From an uncultured Candidatus Saccharibacteria bacterium (lineage in GTDB: Bacteria; Patescibacteriota; UBA1384; JAGGWG01; CAZAJM01), in assembly GCA_964485625.1 (NCBI GenBank), contig CAZAJM010000004.1, positions 3,349 through 67,348 of the forward strand: a stretch of DNA of 64,000 nucleotides, given 5' to 3'. The position numbers and the translations under genes were made by a program. Below are positions 36,382 through 45,368 of this stretch, piece by piece (positions within the stretch are counted from its first letter, which is position 1; each line of letters starts with the position of its first letter). The notes below the pieces were generated by a model, which searched no databases, was not told where the DNA came from, and saw only the letters and a program-made list of their open reading frames with translations.

Positions 36382-37243
36382 CATGTTATTCCATTATTGC
36401 TAATGGCATGGACTATACCATCTTCCTTCATGAGGAAGTCAATGATTAATAGCAGTTACAGCCTGCTATTAGGACTACTAGACCTTTAGTAATAGTCACA
36501 AGTCTCTAAGGGCAATTTTATCTGATATTTTAATTGAGTATTTTTTCATTTCACTTATAGCTTTTTTTGCTGTATCTATTGTGAAATATAGACAATACGT
36601 TCCAGCAGATTTGTAATAATAGACTCTTGTATCAAGATTTAGCTTTTTTAACAAACCCTGATCAGTTTTAGTCTCTTGCTCATTTCCATAAACAATCCTC
36701 ATGTCATTTACCAGATTGTTACTTATTGAGCCGTCACCATCAAATCTTCCGCTGACATAAGAATATATGTCAGTCTTATTGTCTAGATTACGTATCAGTT
36801 TCTTAGATTTTTTGAAATTATATAACAGTTTTCTGTCATTTACATAAATTTGATAAGCAACCAATTTTCCGTTTTTATTTGGATAAATTTTATAGTTACG
36901 TATTTTTTCAGCTAACAGATTGTCAATATTTCTGTTTAAAGGCCGATATATTCTTAATTTTATTCTTTCGTTAGAATAATTAGCCTTTTTGAAAAAATTA
37001 TAAAACTTCCAAATGAGTTTAACGTTACAGTTGGTTAAGCCTACACTACTGGTTCTGTGGTATCCATCTGCACACCAAAGCCCAATAATATATTTATGTT
37101 TCAGTAAATCATAATTGCCCACGGAATTACCTTATTAATACTATTACTATTGTAACATGAATCGTATTAATTTGCTATAAGGTTTCTCCGTTTTGAATTG
37201 ATTTTTCCACTAGAAATTACTTTCTAGGGGGTCATTATTAAAT
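36382..37243 (-). mobile_element. 16S intervening sequence 2 (E. coli ~1052-1056 region), encoding a LAGLIDADG endonuclease
   Basis: Exon ...gagctgacgac stops at ~36381 and resumes aaccatgcaacacctgt at ~37244. The catg on both sides makes the junction ambiguous by 4 nt. Confidence 0.65.
36496..37122 (-). CDS. LAGLIDADG homing endonuclease (double-motif) inside 16S insertion 2
   Basis: 208 aa with IIGLWCADGYH and SGRFDGDGSI. Confidence 0.8.
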   Translation of the reverse strand: MGNYDLLKHKYIIGLWCADGYHRTSSVGLTNCNVKLIWKFYNFFKKANYSNERIKLRIYRPLNRNIDNLLAEKIRNYKIYPNKNGKLVAYQIYVNDRKLLYNFKKSKKLIRNLDNKTDIYSYVSGRFDGDGSISNNLVNDMRIVYGNEQETKTDQGLLKKLNLDTRVYYYKSAGTYCLYFTIDTAKKAISEMKKYSIKISDKIALRDL

Positions 37244-37520
37244 AACCATGCAACACCTGTCATCTGGCTCCCAAAGGGCACCTCCGATTTTCATCAGAGT
37301 TCCAGAGATGTCAAGTCTTGGTAAGGTTCTTCGCTTATTATCGAATTAAACCACACGCTCCACCGCTTGTGCGAGTCCCCGTCAATTCCTTTGAGTTTCA
37401 ATCTTGCGATCGTACTTCCCAGGCGGATCACTTAACGCGTTAGCTTCGAGACCAAACGGGGTCGATGCCGCCTAATCTCTAGTGATCATCGTTTACAGCT
37501 TTGACTACAGGGGTCTAAAT

Positions 37521-38535
37521 ATTTGCTCACATTGCTGTGAGGATTGGACTATATCATTTTCTAAAAATTTTCCATTTATTTTTTCTACTGCTAACAATTT
37601 TTTCAATTGTTGAATGAGAAAAATTTGTTAAATGGCTTATTCTAGAAATCCAGTTTTGTTGGCGTTTATGATCTTGATAAAGCAGTAAAATTTTATACAA
37701 CATACTTATTTGTTGTATGTTCGGCGCAATTATTGTAAAAAACCTTTTAAGGGCTTTTTCTGAATACAGGTTTAACCTGATTCTTTTATTTACAATTCCA
37801 ATTTTAGTTTCAATATTCCATTTTACTTGTAAATACTCTTTCAATAACTGAACTTCATTTTTTGAAAAACTATCTGTGCAAAAAACTCCTTTTCTAGCGT
37901 TGCCTATTATTGAACCGTCGTCTAGCCACCATACAGCTAAAGATAATTTGTCTAGATTATCTAGCCATTCTTTACTTATGGTTTTTACGTTGTTTGGATT
38001 CGTTATTTTCCAAATCTTAGTTAATTCAGGCAAAGCTCTACTTTGAAATCTTAGTTTTTTGTATCCGTAACTGCTATTGTCATTGCTTTCATCTTGTTCC
38101 CATACTGCATTGTTTGATGAAATAACCGACAATTTGGCAGCTTTCCAAAAAAAGTATTCTTGTTGTTTCTTTGAATGTCTATATGAGAATCTGGCATTTT
38201 TATACCCATTATGTATTTTTAAACTGCCATCTCCTAATAAAGATCCAAATATTATTGCTTTAGCTTGATCTGAATTAAATAATTTATCCATACTTGTTAG
38301 TATTATATCATAACAAACTATTTAATTCTCAGACACCATAGTCTCTACAGGGCCCGATATCATTTGCATAATATCAGACTCCCTCGGAATTGCCTTAAAA
38401 CACATGCTGTAGTAATCATGTTTTAAATTAAGGTTTCTCCGATAAAACTGAATGCACACTTTAGCATTGCTGCTAAAGGGGACACCTTTTGTTACTATTT
38501 ATTGAATAACGTCTATGAGACGTCAACGCGGTAAC
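37521..38535 (-). mobile_element. 16S intervening sequence 3 near the 790 loop (E. coli ~790-800), encoding a LAGLIDADG endonuclease
   Basis: Exon ...gactacaggggtctaaat stops at ~37520 and resumes gggatttatctaatccctttcgctacc at ~38536. Both flanks carry GGGTATCTAAT-like sequence, so the boundaries are +/- 15 nt. Confidence 0.6.
37554..38291 (-). CDS. LAGLIDADG homing endonuclease (double-motif) inside 16S insertion 3
   Basis: 245 aa with IIFGSLLGDGSL and WWLDDGSI. Confidence 0.8.
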   Translation of the reverse strand: MDKLFNSDQAKAIIFGSLLGDGSLKIHNGYKNARFSYRHSKKQQEYFFWKAAKLSVISSNNAVWEQDESNDNSSYGYKKLRFQSRALPELTKIWKITNPNNVKTISKEWLDNLDKLSLAVWWLDDGSIIGNARKGVFCTDSFSKNEVQLLKEYLQVKWNIETKIGIVNKRIRLNLYSEKALKRFFTIIAPNIQQISMLYKILLLYQDHKRQQNWISRISHLTNFSHSTIEKIVSSRKNKWKIFRK

Positions 38536-38955
38536 GGGATTTATCTAATCCCTTTCGCTACCAAAGCTTTCGTGCCTCAGCGTCAGAACAGACCTAGCAA
38601 ATTGCCTTCGCTTTCGGTGTTCCCTGTGATATCAACGGATTTCACCCCTACACCACAGGTTCCATTTGCCTCTGTCTGCCTCAATTTTGATAGTTTCCTT
38701 GGCGCTTTTCCTGTTAGGCAGGAAAATTTAACCAAAGACTTATCAAAACGCCTACGCACCCTTCACGCCCAATGATTCCGGATAACGCTCGCCCTCTATG
38801 TATTACCGCGACTGCTGGCACATAGTTAGTCAGGGCTGATAGCATGGTAAGTTCAAGATTTATTCCCATGCATTAGAACTTTACAATCCGAAGACCGTCT
38901 TCGTTCATGCGGTGTCGCTGCATCACCCGTTAGGGCATTGTGCAAGATTCCCCAT

Positions 38956-39001
<46 letters not shown>

Positions 39002-39605
39002 GGGGTCACGCTCTCACGTCCCCTAGCCGTCATAGCCTTGGTAAGCTTTTACCTTACCAACAAGCTGATAGCGAGCAGGTTCCTCTCAAAGCGCCGGAGC
39101 ATTTACTGCTAAGAAAATTAATTCATAGCAGACTATCAGGAATTGTTCCCAGTTTCCCGGGGTTATTCCTGTCTTTGAGGTAGATACCTACCTGTTACTC
39201 ACCCGTCCGCCGAGCAACCGAAGTTGCTCTCGACTTGCATATGTTAGGCACACCGCCAGCGTTAATCCTGAGCCGGGATCAAACTCTCCATAAAAATTGT
39301 CTTCTTTTTATCTTTATTTTTAACTCGTCTTAAAAAAGAAAGGGAAGACGAGTATTCTTGTCCGAGTCTCAGATCTTAACACTATTTGTTAAAGTACTAT
39401 TTAAAAAGCCTCTAACGAGAGGCGGTTAAAGCTACCAATATTTGTAATATTTTCTACAAATGCCTCCCAATACTTATTACTTTCTAAATTATAGTCTTAG
39501 TCTAAACAATCTAATTGCTGTTGTCAAGGGTATTGATATGAGTAGTTAATAGAACAAAAAAAGCTCGAATATGTAACAATTTATATTATATGTTAATATT
39601 ACGAG

Positions 39606-40127
39606 CTAGTCCTCTTCTTCGGGTGGTAGATATTTGTCCAGCCAGGGTTTCATAGTATGGTTCCAGCGATATTTACTGATACCAAGAGAAAAACCATAGT
39701 CTCTTCCGTCGTTAATTGATATCATAACGGAGCACAGAGGGAATAAGTCAGTATCTCTTTCTGGTATTTCTCGTATCGATAACCCACTTAAATATCTGTC
39801 TTGAGGGTAAAAAGTTTTGTCGAGGAATAGGCAGCCATGACGTTCTTCCCTTAGAAGTAAGCCGTCCAAATATGGATCATCTCGAAGTAACGTCCTGCAG
39901 TAGACAATTCCTGGAACCACTCCATATAAGATTGCCGGAACTCTTTCAACTAACCGTTTTGAGTTAGAAGCCTGTTGCCCCAAAAGAGCTACTTCTTCAG
40001 TTCTTGCTCTTTCCGAGCCAAATCTCCCTGTCAGCCAGACATGAAACATTAAGCTGTGGTTGAAAAAAGCCTCTTTAATCTCCTCAAATAATTCATCAGT
40101 AACCTCAACAACTTCCTCTTTACTCAT
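39606..40127 (-). CDS. Hypothetical protein encoded between tRNA-Ile and the 16S 5' end on the same strand
   Basis: 173 aa ORF with GC slightly above background; no recognisable motif. Confidence 0.4.
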   Translation of the reverse strand: MSKEEVVEVTDELFEEIKEAFFNHSLMFHVWLTGRFGSERARTEEVALLGQQASNSKRLVERVPAILYGVVPGIVYCRTLLRDDPYLDGLLLREERHGCLFLDKTFYPQDRYLSGLSIREIPERDTDLFPLCSVMISINDGRDYGFSLGISKYRWNHTMKPWLDKYLPPEEED

Positions 40128-40222
40128 GATTGTCTCCTTTCTGGCTTTGGTGGTGCGTTTGTAATTTGAACTTAATCAAAAAACAGGTATTTGTCAATAC
40201 CTGTTAGCGATTGCTCTTAAGA

Positions 40223-40298
40223 TGGTGCGCCTACCTGGATTTGAACCAGGGACCTCGTCATTATCAGTGACGCGCTCTAACCCCTGAGCTATAGGCGC
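40223..40298 (-). tRNA. tRNA-Ile (anticodon GAT), CCA encoded
   Basis: The reverse complement is GCGCCTATAGCTCAGGGGTTAGAGCGCGTCACTGATAATGACGAGGTCCCTGGTTCAAATCCAGGTAGGCGCACCA. It has a 7-bp acceptor stem, a TTCAAAT T-loop, and anticodon loop CTGATAA. Confidence 0.9.
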
Positions 40299-40363
40299 AA
40301 ATATATCCAGATTATTACACAATCTCAATTGATTTTCAAGCCTAGTTTTAATATCATTACTTA

Positions 40364-41614
40364 ATGGACAAGCTTATTAATCAATTCAAGAAGACTTTCA
40401 AAGCCGATCCTAGTTATCTACTAACTGCTCCTAGTCGGGCTAATCTTTCCGGGGCCCATGTCGACTACTTTGAGGGAGTAACAGTCTCAATTGCCTCCTC
40501 AAACTTAGTAATGAAGGCCTTGGTTAGGCCTCGAGATGATGGCAAGGTCAGGCTTTGCTCTATTGATCTAGACAATAAAACTCATATTTTAGATGAAGGT
40601 AGAAAAAGAGCTGGTTTTCAGTCTCTAGAGTACTTGCAGGGTGATAGAGAGGCATATAAGAAAAGGAGGGGTAATAATATGATAAAAGGTTTTAATATTC
40701 TAATCTCTTCTTCTATACCAATTGGCGGAGGCATGTCCTCTTCTTCAGCTCTTTCAGTAATTGGAGCCACTGCCTTCTCTTTAGCTAATGACTTTATTCT
40801 TAACAAGAGAGTCGAAGAGACTAAAGACGATATTATTACTTGGATTGGCGAGCAGGATAAAAAAGCCGACCAGTATCTTGAAGAGATTGCCCATATTGCC
40901 GGTGAGGCAGAGTGGTGGTATGGGACCAAAGGAGGCAAAATGGATCAGTTTACTATTAGCCTAGCCAAAGATGGTCAGGCCTTTATTTTAGATAATAGGA
41001 ATTTCACCTATAGCTATGCTAGTTGGCCAGAAGATTCTGCTATTGCAGTCTGTAATACCAATGTGCCTCATGACCAAAAAAAATCCGGTTTTGCCAATCG
41101 TAGGGAGCAGGCCGAGAAGGCTTTTAGTAAAATTAAAAAATATTTTAAGGATAAGAAGATCGAGACCTTTAGAGATGTTAGTTTGGATATGCTTGAAGAA
41201 GTCAAAGGTAGCCTGAGTAGTTTGGAGTACAAACGGGCTTTGCACCCGGTTAGTGAGATGGAGGAGAGAGCACCTAAGTTTATTAAGGCGCTAAATAATA
41301 GAGATTCAGTTCTAATTGGCAAGATACTATCTCAGACCTACTATAGCCTTAGAGATAATTATGGCACATCCTGCACGGAGTTAGATACAATGTACTCTTT
41401 GGCAGAAAAATTAGATGGTTTTTTGGGAGCTAGAATCACGGGTGGAGGTTTTGGTGGTTGCTTGGTCGCCTTAGTTGAGAGAGATAAGCTGGATTGCTTT
41501 TTGGATAATATCGGGAGAGAGTACAATAATCATAAGGAGATAAAAGAGAGGGATATTAAAGGTAAGTTTGTTGGTTTGGTCTCCGGCAGAGGTCTAAATA
41601 TCAAGACTCTTTAA
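40364..41614 (+). CDS. GHMP-family sugar kinase, galactokinase-like
   Basis: 416 aa. PSRANLSGAHVDYFEG (GalK-like N motif), PIGGGMSSSSALSV (GHMP ATP-binding motif) and GARITGGGFGGCLVAL. Confidence 0.75.
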   Translation: MDKLINQFKKTFKADPSYLLTAPSRANLSGAHVDYFEGVTVSIASSNLVMKALVRPRDDGKVRLCSIDLDNKTHILDEGRKRAGFQSLEYLQGDREAYKKRRGNNMIKGFNILISSSIPIGGGMSSSSALSVIGATAFSLANDFILNKRVEETKDDIITWIGEQDKKADQYLEEIAHIAGEAEWWYGTKGGKMDQFTISLAKDGQAFILDNRNFTYSYASWPEDSAIAVCNTNVPHDQKKSGFANRREQAEKAFSKIKKYFKDKKIETFRDVSLDMLEEVKGSLSSLEYKRALHPVSEMEERAPKFIKALNNRDSVLIGKILSQTYYSLRDNYGTSCTELDTMYSLAEKLDGFLGARITGGGFGGCLVALVERDKLDCFLDNIGREYNNHKEIKERDIKGKFVGLVSGRGLNIKTL

Positions 41615-41676
41615 TGATTGGAGTTAATCTGTGGTATAATAGCTTTAAAATATATAAGTATTAAAGGAGAGGCGAT

Positions 41677-42042
41677 ATGCTTTCTGCTTTTGTTGGTTGG
41701 TACTATCTAGATATCCCCAAAAGGCTTTTAGATTACTTTAAAGTCTGGCTATTTCACCTATATGATCTTTTTTCTGTAAAAATAATTCTTAAAACCTACC
41801 TTGCTCCCTGGAAGAGAGACTTGCTCTCTACTAGAAACCTGTCTCTTAACGAGCGGGTTAGGGTTTGGTGGATGAATGTAATTTCAAGGATGATCGGTGC
41901 TTTTATCAAGACTGCCACTTTAATTGGTTTTCTAATTAGCACCATTGGTTGGCTGGTGTTTTCACTAATCTATTTTTTTGGATGGTTACTTTTTCCATTA
42001 ATATTTATTCTTCTAATAATTGGCTACTCAAATATCCTATGA
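41677..42042 (+). CDS. Small membrane protein (3 TM), translationally coupled to the downstream Clp-like ATPase
   Basis: 121 aa. Its stop TGA overlaps the ATG at 42039 (ATGA). Confidence 0.45.
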   Translation: MLSAFVGWYYLDIPKRLLDYFKVWLFHLYDLFSVKIILKTYLAPWKRDLLSTRNLSLNERVRVWWMNVISRMIGAFIKTATLIGFLISTIGWLVFSLIYFFGWLLFPLIFILLIIGYSNIL

Positions 42043-44507
42043 ACCAGTTTGATATTAAAAAATCAGTTAACTACTCAGCTTACCGTCTTAGGAAGTTCTG
42101 CGGTTCTTGGTTTGGTAAGGTCCTAATAATATTATTTAATCTTATCGGTCTAGTTGGTTTGGGCCTGCTAATCTATCTAGTTTTTAACTACCAGCCCCTA
42201 GTTCTTGATTGGGCTCTAAGGGCAGGAGCAGCCTACTTGGCCTTTAAGATATTTCATATTTTTTATCTAGACTATCTATTGGGGCCAAAACTTAAAGTTG
42301 ATCAGGCTTTGAAATTTGTTAACAGTGGCAAAGAGTTCAACTTGGCCGATGGGCTAGATCCCTGTCTGTTAGGAGTCTTTGAGCAAGAAAAATATCTAGC
42401 TAAAGATATTGCTTTGGGTTTAATAGAGCTCGATGAACTCAACTTTGTCCTAAACCGAGCCGGAATTAGCCGTGATGAGATCAGGAGAAGAATCGAGGAG
42501 AACATTAACGGCGAACAGGTTGGTAGTAGAGAAGAGGTGGTTATTAAGGCCTTTCAAGTAGCCAAAGCTGAGGGGCATGGTGATGTTGGCCCCGGAGACT
42601 TGTTTATTGCTCTAACTATGATCGAACCGGCCTTAAAAAGATTGGTCGATGAACTGGGCTTGAGGTTAGAAGATCTACTTAATATTGTTTACTGGTATAA
42701 CCTAGTTAAGAGGAAGAATTTTAATTTTTTAGATACTAGTGATTTTATCTTCAATGGCGGGGTAGGCAAGGACTGGATCTTTGGCTATACCAGATACCTA
42801 AATCGGTACAGTCAGGATATTACTGACTTAATTAGACAGAATAGGAATAATCTAAAATACATTGGTCATCAGTCAGTTATTGACAAAATAGAGAAATCAT
42901 TACTTAGTAGTCAAGGCAAGAATATGGTTCTGGTCGGTTCGGAGGGTTCCGGTAAGCGTACTTCCGTCTATGGCTTAGCTAGAAGAATAGCTCTGGGCCA
43001 GGCCTATGGTGCTATTAATTTAAAGCGGGTTTTAGAGTTAGATCTGGAAGCTCTACTCTCAGGAGCGACTAGTAGAGGCGAGATTGTAGGAAGGTTGAAC
43101 CGAGTTTTTGGAGAGGCAGCCAGAGTTGGTAATCTAGTTCTTCTTATTGACAATTTTGATAATATATTGTCTACTAAAGCACTTGGGCAGGTTGATGCCA
43201 GCCAGATATTAATACCATACTTAAGCTCACCTGAATTTAATGTGATTGGTACCAGTCAACCGGGTCCATATCATCGGTATGTTGAGAATAACCCGGCTCT
43301 AGATCAACGAATTGAGAAAATTGAGATAGAGGAGCCTGGGGAGCAGGAGATGATTAGAATTTTAGAGGACTCTGTACCGTTGCTTGAAGCTAGAACGGGA
43401 TGTTTTTTCCGTTATCTTGCTATTAAAGAAGTTCTGTTTTTGGCCAATAAGTATGTCTTCAATCAACCTAACCCCCAAAAATCTTTAAAACTTCTAGATA
43501 AAGTGGCTAGTGAGAGTCGGGGTCAGATTGTGACTAGAGAGAGAGTAAGAGAGATTGCCTCTAGCGCCTACAAAGTGCCAGTTGGTGAAGCGGGTCAAAG
43601 GGAGAAAAGAAGACTTCTTAATTTAGAGGAGATACTTCATAGGAGAGTGATTAACCAAAATCAGGCAATTGAAGAGATAGCCCAGGCGATGAGAAGAGCC
43701 AGAGCCGAGATTGGCCAGAAAGGTAAAAAACCGATTGGTAGCTTCTTATTTATTGGACCTACTGGAGTTGGCAAGACAGAAACAGCTAAAGCTTTGGCAT
43801 CAAGTTACTTTAGTGGAGAAGAGAATATGGCTCGGTTTGATATGGGTGAGTACCAGAACAAACAAGATCTCTATCGACTAATTGGGGATAGTCAAGAGGG
43901 AGGCAGGCCCGGAGAACTTTCCCGAAAGTTAAATGAAAGCCCCCACAGCCTGCTCCTGTTTGATGAGGTAGAGAAAGCCCATCCGGATATTTTGAATCTG
44001 TTTTTACAAATTTTAGACGAGGGTGTAGCTACTACCAGCCAGGGTAAGAAATTAGTATTTTCCAACACTATAATTATTGCCACTTCAAATGCTGGTGCCG
44101 AGTATATTAGAAAGAAGATTGAAGAAGGAGTCAACCCAGCTGAGATAAGTGATGAGATCCAAGACTACTTGATGGATAAGGGTATCTTTAAACCAGAGTT
44201 TTTAAATAGGTTTAGTAGCGTGGTCTCTTTCTCCCCATTAACTAGAGCTCAGATTGAAAAGATAGCTAAGATAAAATTAGATAAGCTAAAAAGACAGATA
44301 AAATCAGAGAAAGATATTCAGATAAACTTCGGAGAGAACGTAGCTTCGGAGATAGCCAGCCGGGGTTATAACCCGGAGATGGGTGCCAGACCGATGGAGC
44401 GAACCATAGAGAGACTAATCGAGAACTTAATTGCTAAAAAAATACTTGCCAACGATCTAAAACGAGGCGAGAGTCTAACTATTAAAGTAGAGGATTTTGA
44501 GAATTAA
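42039..44507 (+). CDS. Membrane-anchored Clp/Hsp100-family AAA+ ATPase with degenerate first nucleotide-binding domain
   Basis: Start chosen at the ATGA-coupled ATG (the ORF track starts at 41949). It has two N-terminal TM helices. D1 Walker A is GSEGSGKRT (non-canonical). D2 is canonical ([41 protein letters not shown]), followed by a C-terminal ClpB_D2-small-like region. Confidence 0.65.
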   Translation: MNQFDIKKSVNYSAYRLRKFCGSWFGKVLIILFNLIGLVGLGLLIYLVFNYQPLVLDWALRAGAAYLAFKIFHIFYLDYLLGPKLKVDQALKFVNSGKEFNLADGLDPCLLGVFEQEKYLAKDIALGLIELDELNFVLNRAGISRDEIRRRIEENINGEQVGSREEVVIKAFQVAKAEGHGDVGPGDLFIALTMIEPALKRLVDELGLRLEDLLNIVYWYNLVKRKNFNFLDTSDFIFNGGVGKDWIFGYTRYLNRYSQDITDLIRQNRNNLKYIGHQSVIDKIEKSLLSSQGKNMVLVGSEGSGKRTSVYGLARRIALGQAYGAINLKRVLELDLEALLSGATSRGEIVGRLNRVFGEAARVGNLVLLIDNFDNILSTKALGQVDASQILIPYLSSPEFNVIGTSQPGPYHRYVENNPALDQRIEKIEIEEPGEQEMIRILEDSVPLLEARTGCFFRYLAIKEVLFLANKYVFNQPNPQKSLKLLDKVASESRGQIVTRERVREIASSAYKVPVGEAGQREKRRLLNLEEILHRRVINQNQAIEEIAQAMRRARAEIGQKGKKPIGSFLFIGPTGVGKTETAKALASSYFSGEENMARFDMGEYQNKQDLYRLIGDSQEGGRPGELSRKLNESPHSLLLFDEVEKAHPDILNLFLQILDEGVATTSQGKKLVFSNTIIIATSNAGAEYIRKKIEEGVNPAEISDEIQDYLMDKGIFKPEFLNRFSSVVSFSPLTRAQIEKIAKIKLDKLKRQIKSEKDIQINFGENVASEIASRGYNPEMGARPMERTIERLIENLIAKKILANDLKRGESLTIKVEDFEN

Positions 44508-44530
44508 AACTATTTAATAGATAAATTCTT

Positions 44531-44557
44531 GTTTTGAGCTAAAATCGGAAGTCGGAC
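44531..44557. terminator. 27-bp palindromic hairpin; a second copy of the same palindrome is at 8234-8260
   Basis: aaaatcggaagtcggacttccgatttt just after the stop of the Clp-like gene. The other copy is aaaatcggaagtccgacttccgatttt followed by gtgttttt. Confidence 0.55.
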
Positions 44558-44584
44558 TTCCGATTTTGTTGGCTTTGGTATGGC

Positions 44585-44613
44585 TTGACAAGATGTAAAG
44601 TATGCTTTACATT
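44585..44613 (+). promoter_or_regulatory. Putative promoter with an operator palindrome (TGTAAAG-N4-CTTTACA) for the HTH-Hsp20 gene
   Basis: TTGACA at 44585-44590, a 17-nt spacer containing the inverted repeat tgtaaagtatgctttaca (44594-44611), and TACATT as the -10. Confidence 0.5.
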
Positions 44614-44636
44614 ATATATAGCAACTAATTTAAATT

Positions 44637-45308
44637 ATGGCTGAAGATAAGTTTTCTAACAGATTAAAGGAGCTAAGAAGTGAGATGGAGCTAACCCAGA
44701 AAGAGCTGGCTAAATCTCTTGACATAAGTAGGCAATCGTTGTCTAACTTAGAGAAGGGACAGTTTTTTCCTTCTTTTGGTCTGATTATGGATCTAGAAGA
44801 CTTTTTTGAGATGCCAATTAGAGAGATATATAAATCTAATAAGAAGCCTCAATCCCGTAATTACGGGAAGAGGCAAGGAGGTAAAATGGATAAAAATCAC
44901 TCACCTTTTGACGAACTAAATCGAATGCGGGAAGAGTTTGACAAGATGTTTTCCGATTCTTTTGGCTCTGTTTCTACATCTTTTCCTAAGATAAATCTTT
45001 ATCAAGACGATTCCGATTTAGTAATTGAGGCTGAAGTTCCGGGAATGAGCAAAGATGATCTGGAGATCAATTTAACTTCTGGCTCGGTAAGTATTAGTGG
45101 CGAGCGTAAAGATTCTCAAGAAGTAAAGGAAGATAGCTATGTCAGAAAAGAGAGCTCTTTTGGCAAATTCCATCGCCAGGTGGATCTGCCAGTTGAGGTT
45201 GATGATTCCAAGGCCAAGGCAACTATTAAGGATGGCAGAGTGAAGATTGTTGCTCCGGTCAAAAATTCTAAGTCTAGCGAGAAAGGTTTAGAAATACAGG
45301 AGGAGTAA
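44637..45308 (+). CDS. Fusion of XRE-family HTH DNA-binding domain and Hsp20/alpha-crystallin small heat-shock domain
   Basis: 223 aa. The N-terminus NRLKELRSEMELTQKELAKSLDISRQSLSNLEKGQ is an HTH_XRE. The C-terminus LVIEAEVPGMSKDDLEINL ... ISGER ... RKESSFGKFHRQVDLPVEVD ... DGRVKIVAPV is an alpha-crystallin domain. Confidence 0.75.
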   Translation: MAEDKFSNRLKELRSEMELTQKELAKSLDISRQSLSNLEKGQFFPSFGLIMDLEDFFEMPIREIYKSNKKPQSRNYGKRQGGKMDKNHSPFDELNRMREEFDKMFSDSFGSVSTSFPKINLYQDDSDLVIEAEVPGMSKDDLEINLTSGSVSISGERKDSQEVKEDSYVRKESSFGKFHRQVDLPVEVDDSKAKATIKDGRVKIVAPVKNSKSSEKGLEIQEE

Positions 45309-45368
45309 GATTATCCCTCCTATTTTGGGAGGAATTGAGTTTATACAAAAAAATTAATTAAAATATTT

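Noticed and set aside
36226-36489. ORFs in the six-frame table that fall inside rRNA exons or antisense to intron endonuclease genes: 36226-36489, 38515-38775, 38912-39112, 38998-39183, 54809-55018, 54887-55105, 55323-55550, 56480-56719, 57755-57953, 58320-58628
   Set aside because: They overlap sequence that aligns to conserved 16S or 23S helices, or lie antisense to LAGLIDADG ORFs. Their translations are low-complexity with no motifs.
41949-42038. Upstream in-frame extension of the membrane Clp-like gene (start at 41949 as in the ORF table)
   Set aside because: It would overlap the preceding 121-aa gene by 94 nt. The ATG at 42039 forms a classic ATGA stop-start overlap with that gene and is the more economical start. 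This is not certain.
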